IMG/VR virus record: IMGVR_UViG_3300010403_000180
Coordinates: 1-58,558 of that record
Reading direction: 5' to 3' (one strand)
From: a virus
Lineage: Duplodnaviria > Caudoviricetes
Length of the DNA: 58,558 nucleotides
Below the pieces are notes generated by a model. The model was not told the DNA's origin. It made no database searches and was given only the letters and a program-made list of their open reading frames with translations. Position numbers and translations under genes: made by a program. Positions 55,918 to 58,558 of this stretch are shown here, piece by piece. Numbering within the stretch: position 1 is the first letter of the stretch; every line of letters starts with the position of its first letter.

Positions 55918-56800
55918 CTAATATATTTTGTTGATATTCTAGCCAACCCTTTTTCCCAAACTCTCCATAGGTCTCAATCCAACCCCAACCCATTTTTAAG
56001 TTTACTGGATAAACGGGTCCTCCAACTTTTTTCTTTCTCCAAGCAATTTCTGGCAAATACTGTTCAAGGATTTTCCTTAATGCGTATTTACCGTACTCTA
56101 CGTCCTTAATCTTTTCTTCTATCGGTAAGTTCCTCATGAAGTTATCTAACACAATGTTATCTTGATAAGGACGAATGTTCTTAATGCCAAAGTGAGCTGC
56201 AATCCCGTTGCTCATGTCATCCATATCCTTACGCATTTCAACGTCAGCTTCTAAAATGGTAAAAGCATGTGTGTTAGTTAATCTCCTAATCAAGATTGGG
56301 TAAAGCGGTGGAAGTATCTGGTCAATCAAAGGCTTGTAATGTTCAAAGGCTTCAAACTCGTACACCTTATACAAATAATTGATAATCAAATCCCGTGCGT
56401 AACCACACATGACCTCATCAGGACCATCACCCAAAATAACCTCCTTCACTCCCATTTCTGCTAGTTTTTGATACATGCAATAGAGCGGGAAAATGTTGAA
56501 GTGTGGGATAGGTCTGCCAATCGCTTTCACGGCAATCTTCACATACTCCTCAAACTTTGATTCGTCTGGCTTGACTATAACGTGTTCTATATTCAGCTGC
56601 TTAGCCACCTTTTTAGCCCACTCAATTTCGTTGTACTTATCCCCTTCTGGTAACTCAACTGAAATCGCAAACTTCGGCTTAATATGAACCGCAAGCAGTG
56701 AAGAATCAATCCCGCCCGAAAGACATAATGGTGTCCCCTCATATTTTTTACACTCCTCTACTATTTTTTGTTCTAATTTTTCCATAGTATTTCTTTCCAA
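55904..56800 (-). CDS. Asparagine-synthetase C-terminal (PP-loop) domain protein
   Basis: LSGGIDSS, LGDGPDE..GY, KYALRK, WRKK; no N-terminal Cys glutaminase domain. Confidence 0.85.
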   Translation of the reverse strand: MERNTMEKLEQKIVEECKKYEGTPLCLSGGIDSSLLAVHIKPKFAISVELPEGDKYNEIEWAKKVAKQLNIEHVIVKPDESKFEEYVKIAVKAIGRPIPHFNIFPLYCMYQKLAEMGVKEVILGDGPDEVMCGYARDLIINYLYKVYEFEAFEHYKPLIDQILPPLYPILIRRLTNTHAFTILEADVEMRKDMDDMSNGIAAHFGIKNIRPYQDNIVLDNFMRNLPIEEKIKDVEYGKYALRKILEQYLPEIAWRKKKVGGPVYPVNLKMGWGWIETYGEFGKKGWLEYQQNILDGDK

Positions 56801-57621
56801 TTATCGGGCCATCCTGGGATAGGCCAGAACTTTTGGATTAAGTTAATAAAACCGTCTTTGTTATCGTGAACCCAGTGCTGATAAGAATACTTATAGCACC
56901 TCCGTCTTAATTTATCGTCCATGTGGTAGCCACGTCCCTCCTGTTTAGTTTTATACTGATGGGCGTACCATGTGTTTTTATTCACAACCACCCGACCGCC
57001 AGCAAGCCAAGTGGCAGTGCCGATATAGGCGGCTTCTTGGGCATGTAGTTGGTTGTATCCTTCGTCATTCATAAAATCCATTTTGTTCCACCAGTCCCGT
57101 GTCATAAACCAAAATGAGCCTTGAAAGGTAAGTACATCGTCAATCATCACATCCTTTCGCTGTATGCCCCTTTCCAGCCATTTATAGCCGTGTAGCGAGG
57201 TAGTTGGGTACTTTGGTGGGAATACCCAATACTCGTAGTCAATCGGCACTTGTTCATCTTCAAAAAATGGTCGCCATTCTGATTCACAAAGTTTATACCT
57301 GCGGGGAATTTGTATCCAATTATCTTGGTGGTCTTTTTTTAATTGCACATCAAAACCTGGAGCAACAATGCAGTGAGCGTCAATTTTCATTACATATTTG
57401 CCAGTAGAAATTGCCACGGCTTCGTTAATGGAATACTTCATCCCGATGGCCTCTGGGTGGTAAATATATTTAACTCCCGCAATCTCGGTTGGATATGGTT
57501 TGCCTTCAACGATAACAATAATTTCAATCGGTTCTTTCGCCTTAGCCAAAAGGTCTTTGACCGTAACGTCAAGATATTTTTCGTTTCTGCTTGGGATTAT
57601 GATGCTGACTAAATTTTCCAT
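56773..57621 (-). CDS. GT-A glycosyltransferase (DAH paralog)
   Basis: VSIIIPSRNE, MKIDAHC, QGSFWFM, TWLAGG, NKNTWYAH. Confidence 0.85.
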   Translation of the reverse strand: MENLVSIIIPSRNEKYLDVTVKDLLAKAKEPIEIIVIVEGKPYPTEIAGVKYIYHPEAIGMKYSINEAVAISTGKYVMKIDAHCIVAPGFDVQLKKDHQDNWIQIPRRYKLCESEWRPFFEDEQVPIDYEYWVFPPKYPTTSLHGYKWLERGIQRKDVMIDDVLTFQGSFWFMTRDWWNKMDFMNDEGYNQLHAQEAAYIGTATWLAGGRVVVNKNTWYAHQYKTKQEGRGYHMDDKLRRRCYKYSYQHWVHDNKDGFINLIQKFWPIPGWPDNWKEILWKN

Positions 57622-58388
57622 AGAGGTTTGATGACGTTATTGTAATAATCTCCCCAAGCTTCTATGCAGTAGCCAATTTTGGGGTCATCTGATTGGCTTC
57701 CGTAGCGGTGAGTTCTTGGAAAGGTGTAATGCTTATGGGCAAACCAAGTATTTTTGTTAAGCATCATTTTCCCTCCTGCTTTCCATGTTTTGAAAATCAT
57801 TTCGTGCTGGTCTTGGTAGTGGTCTCCGTAGTGTTCCGCATCAAGCTCCACAATTACTTCGTCCCACCATTTCTTTGGCATTATCCAAAATGAACCTTGC
57901 ATTGCCATCGTTTCAGAAATAGGAACGTCCTTCATTTTCTCGTCCCTGCTAGGCCATCGCTGTCCTTCAAATTTGCCGTCTCTGATTTTTAGTTTCTCGT
58001 GAATGTAGGGTGGCACGTCCATCTTCTCCCACTTAATCGGGTCTAAGAAATATCTCGTGGCAGTCATTATCCAATTCGGCTGGCAACTCTCTGTCATGAT
58101 TTTATCAAAGCCTTTTCCAAAAATGCAGTGGGCATCCGTTCTCATTAAGAATTCTCCCTTAGCAATTTTAATACCAGCGTTAATAGCTCCCCGCATTCCT
58201 CGGTTTTCTCCTAAGTGAAGCTGAATAACTTTCTTATTATTTTCTTCACTAAAAACCAGCGGGGGGTTAGGCCAGCTTGCATTGTATACCGCAATAATTT
58301 CAATATCCCCTTCGGCGTTTTCAAGAATAGAGTCTATTGTTTTTTGCAGGTATGGGTCTTTGTATGCGGGTATAATTACTGAAAGCAT
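57609..58388 (-). CDS. GT-A glycosyltransferase (DAH paralog)
   Basis: LSVIIPAY, MRTDAHC, QGSFWIM, KTWKAGG, NKNTWFAH. Confidence 0.85.
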   Translation of the reverse strand: MLSVIIPAYKDPYLQKTIDSILENAEGDIEIIAVYNASWPNPPLVFSEENNKKVIQLHLGENRGMRGAINAGIKIAKGEFLMRTDAHCIFGKGFDKIMTESCQPNWIMTATRYFLDPIKWEKMDVPPYIHEKLKIRDGKFEGQRWPSRDEKMKDVPISETMAMQGSFWIMPKKWWDEVIVELDAEHYGDHYQDQHEMIFKTWKAGGKMMLNKNTWFAHKHYTFPRTHRYGSQSDDPKIGYCIEAWGDYYNNVIKPLWKI

Positions 58389-58411
58389 TTTTCCGTCCTT
58401 TCATTTAATTA

Positions 58412-58558
58412 CTATGGTTGAGTAAGTTGTTTCAAGTAGCTTGTTCCAGTGTTTCCAGTGCTTCCATTTGCTCCAGCTCCAGCTCCAGTGCCAGGCGTTC
58501 CATGGGTTCCGCCTGTTCCACCAGTAAGAGTGATAGCCCCACTGTTAGTCAATGAGTA
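58412..58558 (-). CDS. C-terminal fragment of the Gly-rich tail protein that begins at 983
   Basis: YSLTNSGAITLTGGTGGTHGTPGTGAGAGANGSTGNTGTSYLKQLTQP*; TAG at 58414-58412. Confidence 0.75.
   Translation of the reverse strand, partial: YSLTNSGAITLTGGTGGTHGTPGTGAGAGANGSTGNTGTSYLKQLTQP

Overview
The window looks like an essentially complete, circularly permuted ~58.6 kb genome of a tailed dsDNA phage (HK97-fold capsid, siphovirus-like tail), with nearly all credible genes on the minus strand. A Gly-rich tail gene runs off the left edge (983->1) and resumes at the right edge (58558->58412). Modules: packaging/head/tail; two large glycosylation clusters (about 11 glycosyltransferase genes, 9 methyltransferase genes, nucleotide-sugar enzymes); two Ser-Pro mucin-like virion proteins, each with a conserved N-terminal leader and a coupled methyltransferase; lysis; recombination (Bet/RecT plus nuclease); a C5 DNA methyltransferase; a Tad2-like gene. 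I see no integrase, DNA polymerase, tRNA or canonical CRISPR array. The top finding is at 35358-36746: a stand-alone 176-aa RAMP/Cas7-like gene followed by a non-coding array of five tracts of 5-nt units (NN + G-x-x, mostly GUU, on the minus strand) separated by four double hairpins. Read as codon positions 1-2, the variable dinucleotides of the longest tract spell T[DE][IM]G[DE]VV[FL][DE]G[FL]LG[SR]GST[FL][IM]A, the SAM-binding motif of N6/N4 DNA methyltransferases. This suggests gapped, wobble-skipping RNA guides against genes of other elements. All family calls come from motif recognition by eye; no searches were run.
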